Origin: Mustelus asterias
Lineage: Eukaryota
Length of the DNA stretch: 64,000 bases
Direction: 5' to 3'
NCBI RefSeq assembly: GCF_964213995.1
Contig: NC_135828.1
Span: forward strand, 30,628,001-30,692,000
Below the pieces are notes generated by a model that searched no databases, was not told the origin of the DNA, and saw only the letters and a list, made by a program, of their open reading frames with translations. The translations under genes were made by a program, and so were the position numbers. This document shows positions 1 through 10,570 of the stretch, in pieces. Each line of letters opens with the position of its first letter. Position 1 is the first letter of the stretch.

Positions 1-420
1 GGCGCGCGCACACACACACAGACACACACTCACATAAATACATGATTATACAAGTAACAGAACGCCACACACATAGAGATATATAGTTATCCCACACAAA
101 CCCCTACACTCACAGAAGCACGAAGTGACACACAAATTCTGATGTGCACACGGATGAAGATGTTCAGATGCAGAAACAGGGAAACACAGACATTCTCACA
201 AACACGCACACAAGCTCAAACACATGCACACTCATCCACGCACTGACAGGCAGAGAGACGTGCAGATAGAGAAACACAGAATCCCTCCCAAACACACATT
301 CATAAGCACCTATACAAACACTGACACATACAGCCACAAACTCGCTGACACACAGGAAGGTACACACGAAGGACAGATGTCCTCAAACAAACATTCCCAC
401 ACACAAAGACGGACAATATT
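1..420. repeat. Degenerate (CA)n-rich low-complexity tract
   Basis: Runs of cacaca/cagaca throughout; ORFs 164-367 and 224-424 are V/C- or T/H-rich artefacts. Confidence 0.85.
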
Positions 421-555
421 GTGAATTAATAATGATCTCACTCTCGGCACCCTGGGGACAGCCGAAGTGTAACACAAACAACGTTAGCATTCTGAGTGAA
501 TTTTGTATTTAAATGATGAAATACTCACAGCCAAGGGTGTAAATGTAATTCATGA

Positions 556-1922
556 TGTTACGGCACAGAGGTTAATCCCCTTTACCTCGCGTCATAATTA
601 AGGTACAGTTCGACTGGAATGCTGTTCGAATATTGCAAGGAACATTCATTACCAAAATAGTAATAACGGATTTTTGTCATTCTCAAATCAATTATATAAC
701 CAGGTCTGATAGAACATAGAACATAGAACAGTACAGCACAGAACAGGCCCTTCGGCCCACGATGTTGTGCCGAGCTTTATCTGAAACCAAGATCAAGCTA
801 CCCCACTCCCTGTCATCCTGGTGTGCTCTATGTGCCTATCCAATAACCGCTTAAATGTTCATAAAATGTCTGACTCCACTATCACTGCAGGCAGTCCATT
901 CCACACCGCAACCAAGTAAAGAACCTACCTCTGATATCCTTCCTATATCTCCCACCACGAACCCTATAGTTATGCCCCCTTGTAATAGCTCCATCCACCC
1001 GAGGAAATAGTCTTTGAACGTTCACTCTCTCTATCCCCTTCATCATTTTATAAACCTCTATTAAGTCTCCCCTCAGCCTCCTCCGCTCCAGAGAGAACAG
1101 CCCTAGCTCCCTCAACCTTTCCCCATAAGACCTACCCTCCAAACCAGGCAGCATCCTGGTAAATCTCCTCTGCACTCTTTCCAGCGCTTCCACATCCTTC
1201 TTATAGTGAGGTGACCAGAACTGCACACAATATTCCAAATGTGGTCTCACCAAGGCCCTGTACAGTTGGTCCTGATAGCATGCGGAAGTTTTGGAATTCT
1301 TTGGTAGTTGTCCGCATTCTATTTGAGCTGTCAGATTTGGGACCTTTTGCTGGGTAGCGAGTGATTTATCTTAAGACTGGCAGAGTTAGGGACTGACTGC
1401 TCCAGTTGATCTAACTGCCCTTAAATGTATTTAGCTGCTTCAGGTGATCGAGCTCTGCTTATGGTTGAACTCCTGGCTCAACACTGGTGGAACTGAACTC
1501 AAGGCAGTTAATTAATAATCATTTTTATAATCATTTTGACCTATCAATATTCCTGTATACTCAGATTTGCCTGATGTTCACAACAACAGCAAATTCAAAC
1601 CTCACAGGTTAGCTTTCGCTGAGCGTTTTCTTTAAACTGACAGGCTGTTAGCTGATTGCCATATTTAAATTCATCGGCAAACAAAATGCAAAAATCTACA
1701 GAGCCGGTTAACAAGGCAACCGTTATGCTTGGTGCTCGCATCAAATGCTGCAACTTAGAGTCTGTGTGTACTCTGCATTTTAAACATCTCAGCATTGAAT
1801 AATTTCAGCTTCTGAAGGCATTGACACACCAGCTTTTAAAGGGAACACGCACTGCTTTCCCCGACAGTGTTTGACATTATTTACAGACACTCTGTACGTC
1901 TATTAAACTCAACTTGACAACA
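556..1922 (-). repeat. 3' LTR of the Gypsy element (interrupted by a CR1 fragment)
   Basis: On the minus strand it begins TGTTG at 1922 right after the PPT and ends TAACA at 556. 556-1505 aligns by eye with 8847-9392, apart from a ~150-bp indel and the CR1 insert. Confidence 0.85.
713..1271 (-). mobile_element. CR1/HER1 LINE 3' fragment inserted in the LTR
   Basis: ORF 882-1253 is the CR1 RT C-terminus (RPHLEYCVQFWSP...ERVQRRFTRMLPG). (TTCTATG)n-type tail at 713-730. ctgatag is repeated at 706-712 and 1272-1278 (probable TSD). Confidence 0.9.
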
Positions 1923-1935
1923 CCTCCCCCCTTCC
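1923..1935 (-). other. Polypurine tract (plus-strand primer) of the LTR element
   Basis: Minus strand reads GGAAGGGGGGAGG immediately followed by the TG of the LTR. Confidence 0.8.
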
Positions 1936-2038
1936 GGATAAAAATGTGCCATCAACATGAGACAATGGCTTCCTTGTTTTTCTTCCGTGGTCTGAGACAT
2001 TTTGAAATACTTTTCAAGTCTGTCCAAGAGATCTAGTT

Positions 2039-2632
2039 TTAGTTCTTTCAGACTCTTCCTCCTTAAACAACGTCTTAATAATCTCTTCCTTTTTGGCGTG
2101 CCAACGTTCTTCATGGCGCCTATGAACCTCCTTCCTCCTGTGAGTTTCAGCCTGGACAGCCAGTCGCTTCTTGCGAGCCTTGTCTACATTTTAGTTTGTG
2201 AATGTGCTCCACCAAGATACGTTTATTCTTGAAGACAGTACCCTTGCCCTTCAGATACATGTTGTGATACATGTGGCGATCGATCTACTTGGGCCCAACG
2301 TATCTGCGAAGTAGACGCCTCAGAGTTTTCATTCTCCTCATCAAGGCCACTTTCTTCTGCATGCGAGCATTAGCTCTATCCATTCGCTTATTGAAGCCCA
2401 TGTTCCATTCCTTCCTGTGCGTAAGGGTGTTCTTCCTGCATCAAACATGCGAGGGTACAGTCACAGGCTTGCGGATAATTTAACCATCTTTCATTAATTT
2501 TCTGATTTGTTGACGGGAATTGGCATTGGCCATCTGATCCAGCCATACCTTCGCCTTGCCACAGCGCAAAACGTCGGAGGCCAGCCTCTTCTGAAGCCCG
2601 AGCCTAATCATTGCCGCTTTTCGACGGAAAGG
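2039..2632 (-). pseudogene. RPL19: Processed (intronless) ribosomal protein L19 (eL19) pseudogene
   Basis: Manual translation from ATG 2611: [25 protein letters not shown]...[24 protein letters not shown]...NARMQKKV...RRLLRRY...[38 protein letters not shown]...[15 protein letters not shown], which matches vertebrate RPL19 end to end. It has three in-frame stops, a frameshift and no introns. A TOP-like CCTTTCC lies at 2632-2626. Confidence 0.95.
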
Positions 2633-2698
2633 CAATTTTCAGTACCCACGAACTAAGTCCAACTTCATGATGTAAGTATCCTGTCCTCCTTTTTCCCA
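2630..2698 (-). pseudogene. Gypsy RT remnant continuing past the PLE insertion
   Basis: Reads WEKGGQDTYIMKLDLVRGY*KLP, the expected continuation (xxKLDLxxGYWQxP) of DAYPIPKLEDCWEKG at ~5852-5900. Confidence 0.8.
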
Positions 2699-2757
2699 GT
2701 AAGAAGTTTACCAACACCAGGTTAAAGTCCAACAGGTTTATTTGGTAGCAAAAGCCA

Positions 2758-2794
2758 CACAAGCTTTCGGAGCTGCAAGCCCCTTCTTCAGGTG
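2758..2794 (-). ncRNA. Minimal hammerhead ribozyme motif in PLE tail
   Basis: Reverse complement of 5715-5751: cac-CTGAAGA-stem II-GAAA-gctt-gtg. Confidence 0.7.
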
Positions 2795-5714
2795 AGTGGG
2801 AATTCTGTTCACAAACAGAGCATATAAAGACATAAACTCAATGTACATGAATAATGGTTGGAATGCGAATACTTACAACTAATCAAGTCTTTAAGAAACA
2901 AAACAACATGAGTGGAGAGAGCATCAAGACAGGCTAAAAAGATGTGTATTGTCTCCAGACAAGACAGCCAGTGAAACTCTATGGGGGTTACAAATAGTGG
3001 GACATGAACCCAATATCCCGGTTGAGGCCGTCCTCGTGTGTGCGGAACTTGGCTATCAGTTTCTGCTCAGCGACTCTGCGCCATCGTGTGTCGCAAAGGC
3101 CACCTTGGAGAACGCTTACCCGAATATCAGAGGCCGAATGCCCGTGACCGCTGAAGTGCTCCCCAACAGGAAGAGAACAGTCTTGCCTGGTGATTGCCGA
3201 GCGGTGTTCATTCATCCGTTGTCGCAGCATCTGCATAGTTTCCCCAATGTACCATGCCTCGGGACATCCTTTCTTGCAGCGTATCAGGTAGACAACGTTG
3301 GCCGAGTTGCAAGAGTATGTACCGTGTACCTGGTGGATGGTATTCTCACGTGAGATGATGGCATCTGTGTCGATGATCCGGCACGTCTTGCAGAGGTTGC
3401 TGTGGCAGGGTTGTGTGGTGTCATAGTCACTGTTCTCCTGAAGGCTGGGTAGTTTGCTGCGGACAATGGTCTGTTTGAGGTTGTGCGGTTGTTTGAAGGC
3501 AAGAAGTGGGGGTGTGGGGATGGCCTTGGCGAGATGTTCGTCTTCATCAATGACATGTTGAAGGTTCCGGAGGAGATGCCGTAGCTTCTCCGCTCCGGGG
3601 AAGTACTGGACAACAAAGGGCACTCTGTCCACTGTGTCCCGGGTTTGTCTTCTGAGGAGGTCGGTGCGGTTTCTCGCTGTGGCGCGTTGTAACTGTTGAT
3701 CAATGAGTCGAGCGCCATATCCTGTTCTTATGAGGGCATCTTTCAGCGTCTGGAGGTGTCTGTTGCGATCCTTCTCATCTGAGGAGATCCTGTGTATACG
3801 GAGGGCTTGTCCGTAGGGGATGGCTTCTTTAACGTGTTTAGGGTGGAAGCTGGAGAAGTGGAGCATCGTGAGGTTATCCGTGGGCTTGCGGTACAGTGAG
3901 GTGCTGACCTGACCGTCCTTAATGGAGATGCGTGTGTCCAAGAAGGCAACCGATTCCGTAGAGTAGTCTATGGTGAGTCTGATGGTGGGATGGAACTTGT
4001 TGATGTCATCATAGAGTTGTTTCAGTGATTGTTCACCATGAGTCCAAAGGAAGAAAATTTCATCGATGTACCTAGTGTATAGCATCGGTTGAAGGTCCCG
4101 TGCTGTGAAGAAGTCTTATTCGAACCTGTGCATGAAGATGTTGGCATATTGAGGTGCGAATCTGGTCCCCATGGCTGTTCCGTGTGTCTGGATGAGGAAC
4201 TGGTTGTTGAAGGTGAAGATATTGTGGTCTAGGATGAAGCGGATGAGATGTAAAATTGCATCTGGAAACTGGCAGTTGTTGGCGCTGAGCACTGAGGCCG
4301 TTGCAGCAATGCCATCGTCATGGGGGATGCTGGTGTAGAGTGCCAAGACATCCATTGTGACGAGTAGTGCTCCTGGTTCAACTGCTCCATGTGTGCCGCG
4401 TTTCTGTAGGAAGTCTGTCGTGTCGCGACAAAAGCTGGGGGTTCTTTGTACAATGGGTTGCAGGATGCCCTCGACATAGCCGGTGAGGTTCTCGCACAGG
4501 GTCCCATTGCCCGATATGATGGGACGGCCGGGTGTGTTTGCCTTGTGTATCTTCGGGAGGCAGTAGAGATCTCCAACGCGGGGAGTACGTGGGATGAGAG
4601 CACGGAGGGTGTTCTGAAGGTCCGGATCAAAGGTCTTGATCGGAGTGTTGAGTTGACGGGTGTGTTCTTTGGTCGGATCTGCAGGTAACTGTCTGTAGTG
4701 TTCCTCATTGTTTAGTTGTCAGTAAACTTCTTTGCAGTAATCCGTTCTGTTCAGTATGACGATGGCCCCTCCTTTGTCTGCTGGTTTGATAACAATGTTG
4801 CAGTTGGTCTTGAGAGCGTGGATGGCGTTACGTTGTGCTTTGGTGATGTTCGGGGCTGTCTTGTGAGTGCGGCTGATGAATTTGGTGTTGACGCACCTCC
4901 TGACAGCTTGGGCATACATGGAGCGGAGAAGCTATGGCATCTCCTCCGGAGCCTTCAACATGTCATTCATGAAGACGAACATCTCGCCAAGGCCATCCCC
5001 ACACCCCCACTTCTTGCCTTCAAACAACCGCACAACCTCAAACAGACCATTGTCCGCAGCAAACTACCCAGCCTTCAGGAGAACAGTGACCATGACACCG
5101 CACAACCCTGCCACAGCAACCTCTGCAAGACGTGCCAGATGATCGACACAGATGCCATCATCTCACGTTTGAACACCAGGTACACGGTACATACTCTTGC
5201 AACTCGGCCAACGTTGTCTACATGATACGCTGCAAGAAAGGATGTCCCGAGGCATGGTACATTGGGGAAACTATGCAGACGCTGCGACAATGGATGAATG
5301 AACACCGCTCGACAATCACCAGGCAAGACTGTTCTCTTCCTGTTGGGGAGCACTTCAGCGGTCACGGGCATTCGGCCTCTGATATTCGGGTAAGCGTTCT
5401 CCAAGGCGGCCTTCGCGACACACGACGGCGCAGAGTCGCTGAGCAGAAACTGATAGCCAAGTTCCGCACACACAAGGACGGCCTCAACTGGGATATTGGG
5501 TTCATGTCTCACTATTTGTAACCCCCACAGAGTTTCACTGGCTGTCTTGTCTGGAGACAATACACATCTTTTTAGCCTGTCTTGATGCTCTCTCCACTCA
5601 TGTTGTTTTGTTTCTTAAAGACTTGATTCGCTGTAAGTATTCGCATTCCAACCATTATTCATGTAAATTGAGTTTGTGTCTTTATATGCTCTGTTTGTGA
5701 ACAGAATTCCCACT

Positions 5715-5751
5715 CACCTGAAGAAGGGGCTTGCAGCTCCGAAAGCTTGTG
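5715..5751 (+). ncRNA. Minimal hammerhead ribozyme motif in PLE tail
   Basis: cac CTGAAGA aggggc-ttgca-gctcc GAAA gctt gtg: CUGANGA and GAAA core, stem II, palindromic AAGCTT stem III, cac/gtg stem I, as known for PLE minimal HHRs. Confidence 0.72.
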
Positions 5752-5851
5752 TGGCTTTTGCTACCAAATAAACCTTTTGGAAGTTAACCTGGTGTTGTTA
5801 AACTTCTTACTGTGTTTACCCCAGTCCAACGCCGGCATCTCCACATCATGA

Positions 5852-8709
5852 CTCCTTTTTCCCAACAATCCTCCAACTTTGGAATTGGATATGCGTCGAA
5901 TTTAGTTTCCGTGTTGACCTTTGGATAACTTACACAGAACCGTTGAACACGATCAGGTTTGGCAAACAACACGATCAGCGAACTTCACTCGCTTTGACTA
6001 TTATATCGCCTTCTAACATCACTTCCACTTCCTTTTGACCCTGCAGTGCTTTGTGGGGGTTCAGCCAATATGGAATTTGTTTTATCGGAACATCACTCCC
6101 TCTGTCAACATCATGTACTTCGCCGTTAGTCTTGCCTATGTTATTTTTACATAGGTCCTCATCGCACAAGGTTTTTTTTCAATTCAGTGCACTGACCTTA
6201 GGACACATAGCTCAATACCCTACTCCTGTCTTTATGGACTTATTCGTTATTTAATTTATCTTCAGGTGCATCAATATCCTCATCATCGGGATGGGATTCG
6301 TCACTCAGTGCCAGTAGGATGGATTCCTCACTGTGTGGCTCTACTATTAAAATCCTTTATCAGCTCATCTGTCTGTTGTAACTCCTTTATTTATTTTTCA
6401 GAACTAAACATTTCTGCCTGATCTACCGAGGACTTTCCCCTACCACCTCATCAAACCGAGTGTCAGCCAACTGGACCTCAAAGCGCTCCTCTTTCTCTTT
6501 TGCTCTCCCTTCATTTTTTAACTTATGGCTGTGCGATCTTGTTACCTCACAGTCCGGAAAGATTTCCGGGTATTTTTCGTTTAACTCCTCAGTTCCCTTG
6601 TTCTCTTTTGGCTTTTCGACTATCATGGGCACCACGCCCACTTGTGCTCCAGCTGTATAATTTCCATCAATAAACTATATCCGTGGAATAACCAGATTTC
6701 CCATCACTCCCACTAACACTTCCCCAGACTGGATTGGACTCTGGAGTCTTATTATGCACAGGTGAATACGACTCCTTTCTCCATTTATTCCGCAGATTTT
6801 CTCGGGCAGTATTTCAGAAGGAATGCAAATATCCGCATCTTTTACGATTAGAGAAAGACTAGCTCCCGCATCTCTCAACAGTTTAACGTATTTACCTACT
6901 CCCCCTGTTATACCGAGTCAACCTTTTCCACACAGGTGAAGTATTTCAAAAGATCGGAATCTACGACATCCTCCATCCTGTGCCAAGTCTGTGCACTCTC
7001 CTTCAGCTCCTCGACTTCGCTCGATATTTCTTTCACTCCTTTAACTAATCCCACTGGTTTAGCCTCTTTTACCACACCTTTTTTCCCCAGTGCCTTTCTT
7101 AAGCCTTTGTGTGTCCCACCTTAACTCACTGAAAACACATGAGGACTTCCGCCTCTTTCCTCCCTTCTTGGGTATCTTTTTTAACAGGGGATAAACAGTT
7201 CCCAGTGTTATCTACTTTTGCTTTTTCATTGAAGGAATTCCCTCTTTCCCAATTGCTTCCCTCACAGACTGAAATACCTGCCGGAAACCAAATTGCAATT
7301 TATTTACTATTGCGTGTTCATGCGCCATCTCTACAGCTTTTCTCGTTGTCTTAACTTTCTATTCCTTAACATTAATTCTTATCACTTCTGAAAGTGAGTT
7401 TTTAAATTCCACCAGCAATATAATATATCTCAGGGCCTCATAACACTTTTTCAAATTTAATATTTTCAACCCTCTCTCCAGGTTGTTCTGGTTAATTCTT
7501 TCAAACTCGATATATGCCTGACCTGGTTCCTTCCTCACATTCCTGAACCTTTGTCTATATGCTTTTTGTACCAATTCGTAAGCACTCAAAACAGCCTTCT
7601 TTACTTCGTCATACTTTCCTGACACCTCCTCTGACAACACACGGTGGCACAGTGGTTAGCACTGCTACCTCACAGCGCCAAGGACCCCGGTTCGATTCCA
7701 GTCTCGGGTGACTGTGTGGAGTCTGCACGTTCTCCCCGTGTCTGCGTGGGATTCCTCCAGGTGCTCCGGTTTCCTCCCACAGTCCAAAGATGTGCGGTTT
7801 AGGTTGATTGACCATGCTAAATTGACACTAGTGCCAGGGGGATTAGCTAGGGTAAATACATGGGGTTACGGGAATAGGGCCTGGGTGGGATTGTGGTCAG
7901 TACAGACATGATGGGCCGAATGGCATCCTTCTGTACTGTAGGGATTCTATGATTCTATGAATGGTGCAAGCATCTCAGTCGCCCTGTCGACCAACTTGCT
8001 CGGAATTAACATTACCCACACATCCTCTGGCCATTCCATCTGTGTGGCCAATTTCTCAAAGGATATGGAAAATATCTTCTGCGTCAAATTGTGTTAATGT
8101 CTGGACATATTTGTATATATCCTTACCAGGCGGTTGGCTGTGCTGAGTCTACTCACTATTACTTCTATCTGGTACTCCTTCTGCTGTAATTTGAAACCTT
8201 TTTGTTCCATTTCCAACTTCCTCTTTTCTAACTGAAGCAAACTTTCTCTTTCCCTTTCTGCTCCCTCTTTTTTCCATTCCTCTGTTAGTGCCTTCCCCTC
8301 TCTTTCCTTTTCTTTCTTCCGTCTCTTTTTCACTTTCTTCTACTCCTGCCTTCCTCTCTTTCCTTCCATTCTGCTGGTGCCTTCATCTTTCTTCCTTTTT
8401 TGTTTCTTTTGTCTCTTTTCCCCTTCTCTTCTCTTTATGACTGCAGCCTTTTAATTTCTTTCGCTAACTCCAAGTTATTTTTCATATATTTCTTTTCCAA
8501 CGTCACTGCACTTGACTGTCTTTCTGCTAGACCTCGATGCTTGATGAACTCCGTTCAAATTCAGCTTTCTTATTTGCCCTGGTTGAACTCAATTTTCGTC
8601 TGTTGGCTAATTTTACAAGTGTCAGCTTGCTTTGTTTCTCTAAAGTCTCTTGGCAAATTTGGAAAGCATCTGCGACCTGCAGAACCTCTCCAATAATGAA
8701 AAGATCCAT
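5852..8709 (-). pseudogene. Fragmented Gmr1-like gag-pol: coiled-coil/SCAN-like gag, aspartic protease, RT N-terminus; integrase missing
   Basis: 7359-7640 YDEVKKAVLSAYELVQKAYRQRFR (SCAN-related gag). 6675-6878 RDAGASLSLI (protease D-T/S-G-like). 5975-6169 PIKQIPYWLNP. 5852-5972 KPDRVQRFCVSYPKVN..TKFDAYPIP. Confidence 0.82.
7638..7960 (+). mobile_element. HE1-type tRNA-derived SINE inserted in gag
   Basis: A/B boxes (tggcacagtgg, ggttcgattcc), V-SINE core (ccggtttcctcccacagtccaaagatgtg), LINE-like tail (gattctat)n. Confidence 0.88.
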
Positions 8710-8823
8710 GTCCTCGCATAGGTTTATTTTAAAGATTTAAGAGTGTTTAGATCCCTCACTTAGCGTCGATTTAAAGATTTAAGACAGTTCAGATCCAGGA
8801 CACGAGGATCTTTGACTGTTCAA

Positions 8824-8843
8824 ATCTCGGACATGAGCCCCCA
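8824..8843 (-). other. Primer-binding site, tRNA-Pro type
   Basis: TGGGGGCTCATGTCCGAGAT, 3 nt after the 5' LTR end (AACA); resembles TGGGGGCTCGTCCGGGAT, the complement of the tRNA-Pro 3' end. Confidence 0.8.
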
Positions 8844-8846
8844 TTC

Positions 8847-9392
8847 TGTTATGATACAGAGGTTAATCCCCTTTACCTCGCGTCACAATCTGCTGGAAAT
8901 ATTTGGGAATGTCTTAGCTGTTCTCAATTAACCTATAGAGGTTCATTAATCTCAAGGCCTGACACTCTCTTTAAGCGAATAATTAACAAGGTATTTATTC
9001 AAATGACCAGGAATTTTAAGTGAAGAGATAACATATTAAGTAAGGTATGGTTCGACTGGAAAGCTGTCCGAATAATGCAAGGAACATTCATTCCCAAAAT
9101 AGTAATAATGGAATTTTTGTCGCTCTCAAAGAAATTTTATAACCAGGTCTCATAGCGTTAGGAAGTTTTGGAGTTTATTGGCAGCTGTCCGCTTCCTATC
9201 AGGGCTGTCTGATTTGGGACTTTTCGCTGGGTAGCGGGCATTTTATCTTAAGGCCTATCTGAAGTTGGCAGAGTTAAGAACCAACTGCTCCAGTTGATCG
9301 AAGTGCCCTTTACTGCCTTTAAATGTTTTAGGTGATCGGGCCCTGCTGCTTTTTGAACTCCTGGCTCAATCTTGGAGGAACCAAACTCGAGG
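8847..9392 (-). repeat. 5' LTR of the Gypsy element, truncated by a PLE
   Basis: Homologous to 556-1505; similarity stops where PLE RT sequence (ctctcatcccacgtactccc) starts. Confidence 0.83.
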
Positions 9393-10570
9393 CTCTCATC
9401 CCACGTACTCCCTGCGTTGGAGAACTCTACTGCGTCCCGAAGATACACAAGGCCAAGACACCCCGCCGTCCCATCGTATCAGGCAATAGGACCCTATGTG
9501 AGAACCTCTCTGGCTACATCGAGGGCATCCTGAAACCCATTGTACAAAGAACCACCAGCTTCTGTCGCGACACTACGGGCTTCCTATAGAAACTCAGCAC
9601 ACATGGAGCAGTTGAACCAGGAGCGCTCCTCCTCACAGTGGATGTCTTGGCACTCTACCCCAGCACACCGACGATAACGCATTGCAGCAACTGCCTCAGT
9701 ACTCAACGCCAACAACTGCCAAACTCCAGATGCAATTCCACAACTAATCCGCTTCATCCTGGACCTTCAACAACCAGTTCTTCATCCAGACACACGGAAC
9801 AGCCATGGGGACTAATTTCGCACGTCAGTATGCCAGCATCTTCATACACAGGTTCGAACAAGACCTCTTCACCGCACAGGACCTTCAACCGACGCTATAC
9901 ACGAGACACATCGATAACATTTTCTTCCTTTGGACTCCTGGCGAACAATCACTGAAACAACTATATGATGACATCAACAAGTTCCATCCCACCATCAGAC
10001 TCACCATGGGCTACTCTCCGGAATCGGTTGTATTCTTGGACAAACGCATCTCCATCAAGGACGGCCACCTCAGCACTTCACTGTACTGCAAGCCCACGGA
10101 TAACCTCACGATGCTCCACTTCTCCAGTTTCCACCCGAAACACGCTAAGGAAGCCACCCCCTACGTACAAGCCCTCCGTATACACAGGATTGGCTCAGAT
10201 GAGGAGGATTGCAACAGATACCTACAGACACTGAAATACGCCCTCAGAAGAACAGGATATGGTGCGCGACACATCGATCGACAGTTCCGACGTGCCACAG
10301 CGAAAACCCGCACCGACCTCCTCAGAAGACAAACCTGGGACACGGCGGACAGAGTATCCTCCACTGTCCAGGATTTTCCCAGAGCGGAGAAGCAATGACA
10401 TCTTCTCCCAAGCCTTCAACATGTCATCGATGAAGACAAGCATCTCGCCAAGGCCATCCCCACACCCCCACTTCCGGCCTTCAAACAACCGCACAACTTC
10501 AAACAGACCATTGTCCGCAGCAAACTATGCAGCCTTCAGGAGTGACCACGACACTACACAATCCTGCCAC

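Larger units (their letters stand above)
2699..5851. mobile_element. Penelope-like element (RT + GIY-YIG), 5'-truncated, inverted two-arm insertion
   Basis: Minus arm 2699-4919 has PLE RT motifs (GTAMGT, RYIDE) and GIY-YIG (VVYLIRC...WYIGET). Plus arm 4920-5851 repeats the GIY-YIG region and 3' tail in opposite orientation. 13-bp TSD ctcctttttccca at 2686-2698 and 5852-5864. Confidence 0.93.
556..9392 (-). mobile_element. Decayed Gmr1-like Ty3/Gypsy LTR retrotransposon carrying an RPL19 retrocopy, with nested CR1, PLE and SINE insertions
   Basis: Same-orientation LTR copies start at 556 and 8847 (tgtta...acagaggttaatcccctttacctcgcgtca). PBS 8824-8843, PPT 1923-1935. Gag, protease and RT remnants lie between them in minus-strand order. 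Confidence 0.85.

Noticed and set aside
430-555. Possible V leader end (minus-strand ...ggct then gtgagt) and acceptor (ctgtccccag) next to the LTR
   Set aside because: No hydrophobic leader and no V-domain sequence after the acceptor; the phase-1 frame stops after four codons.
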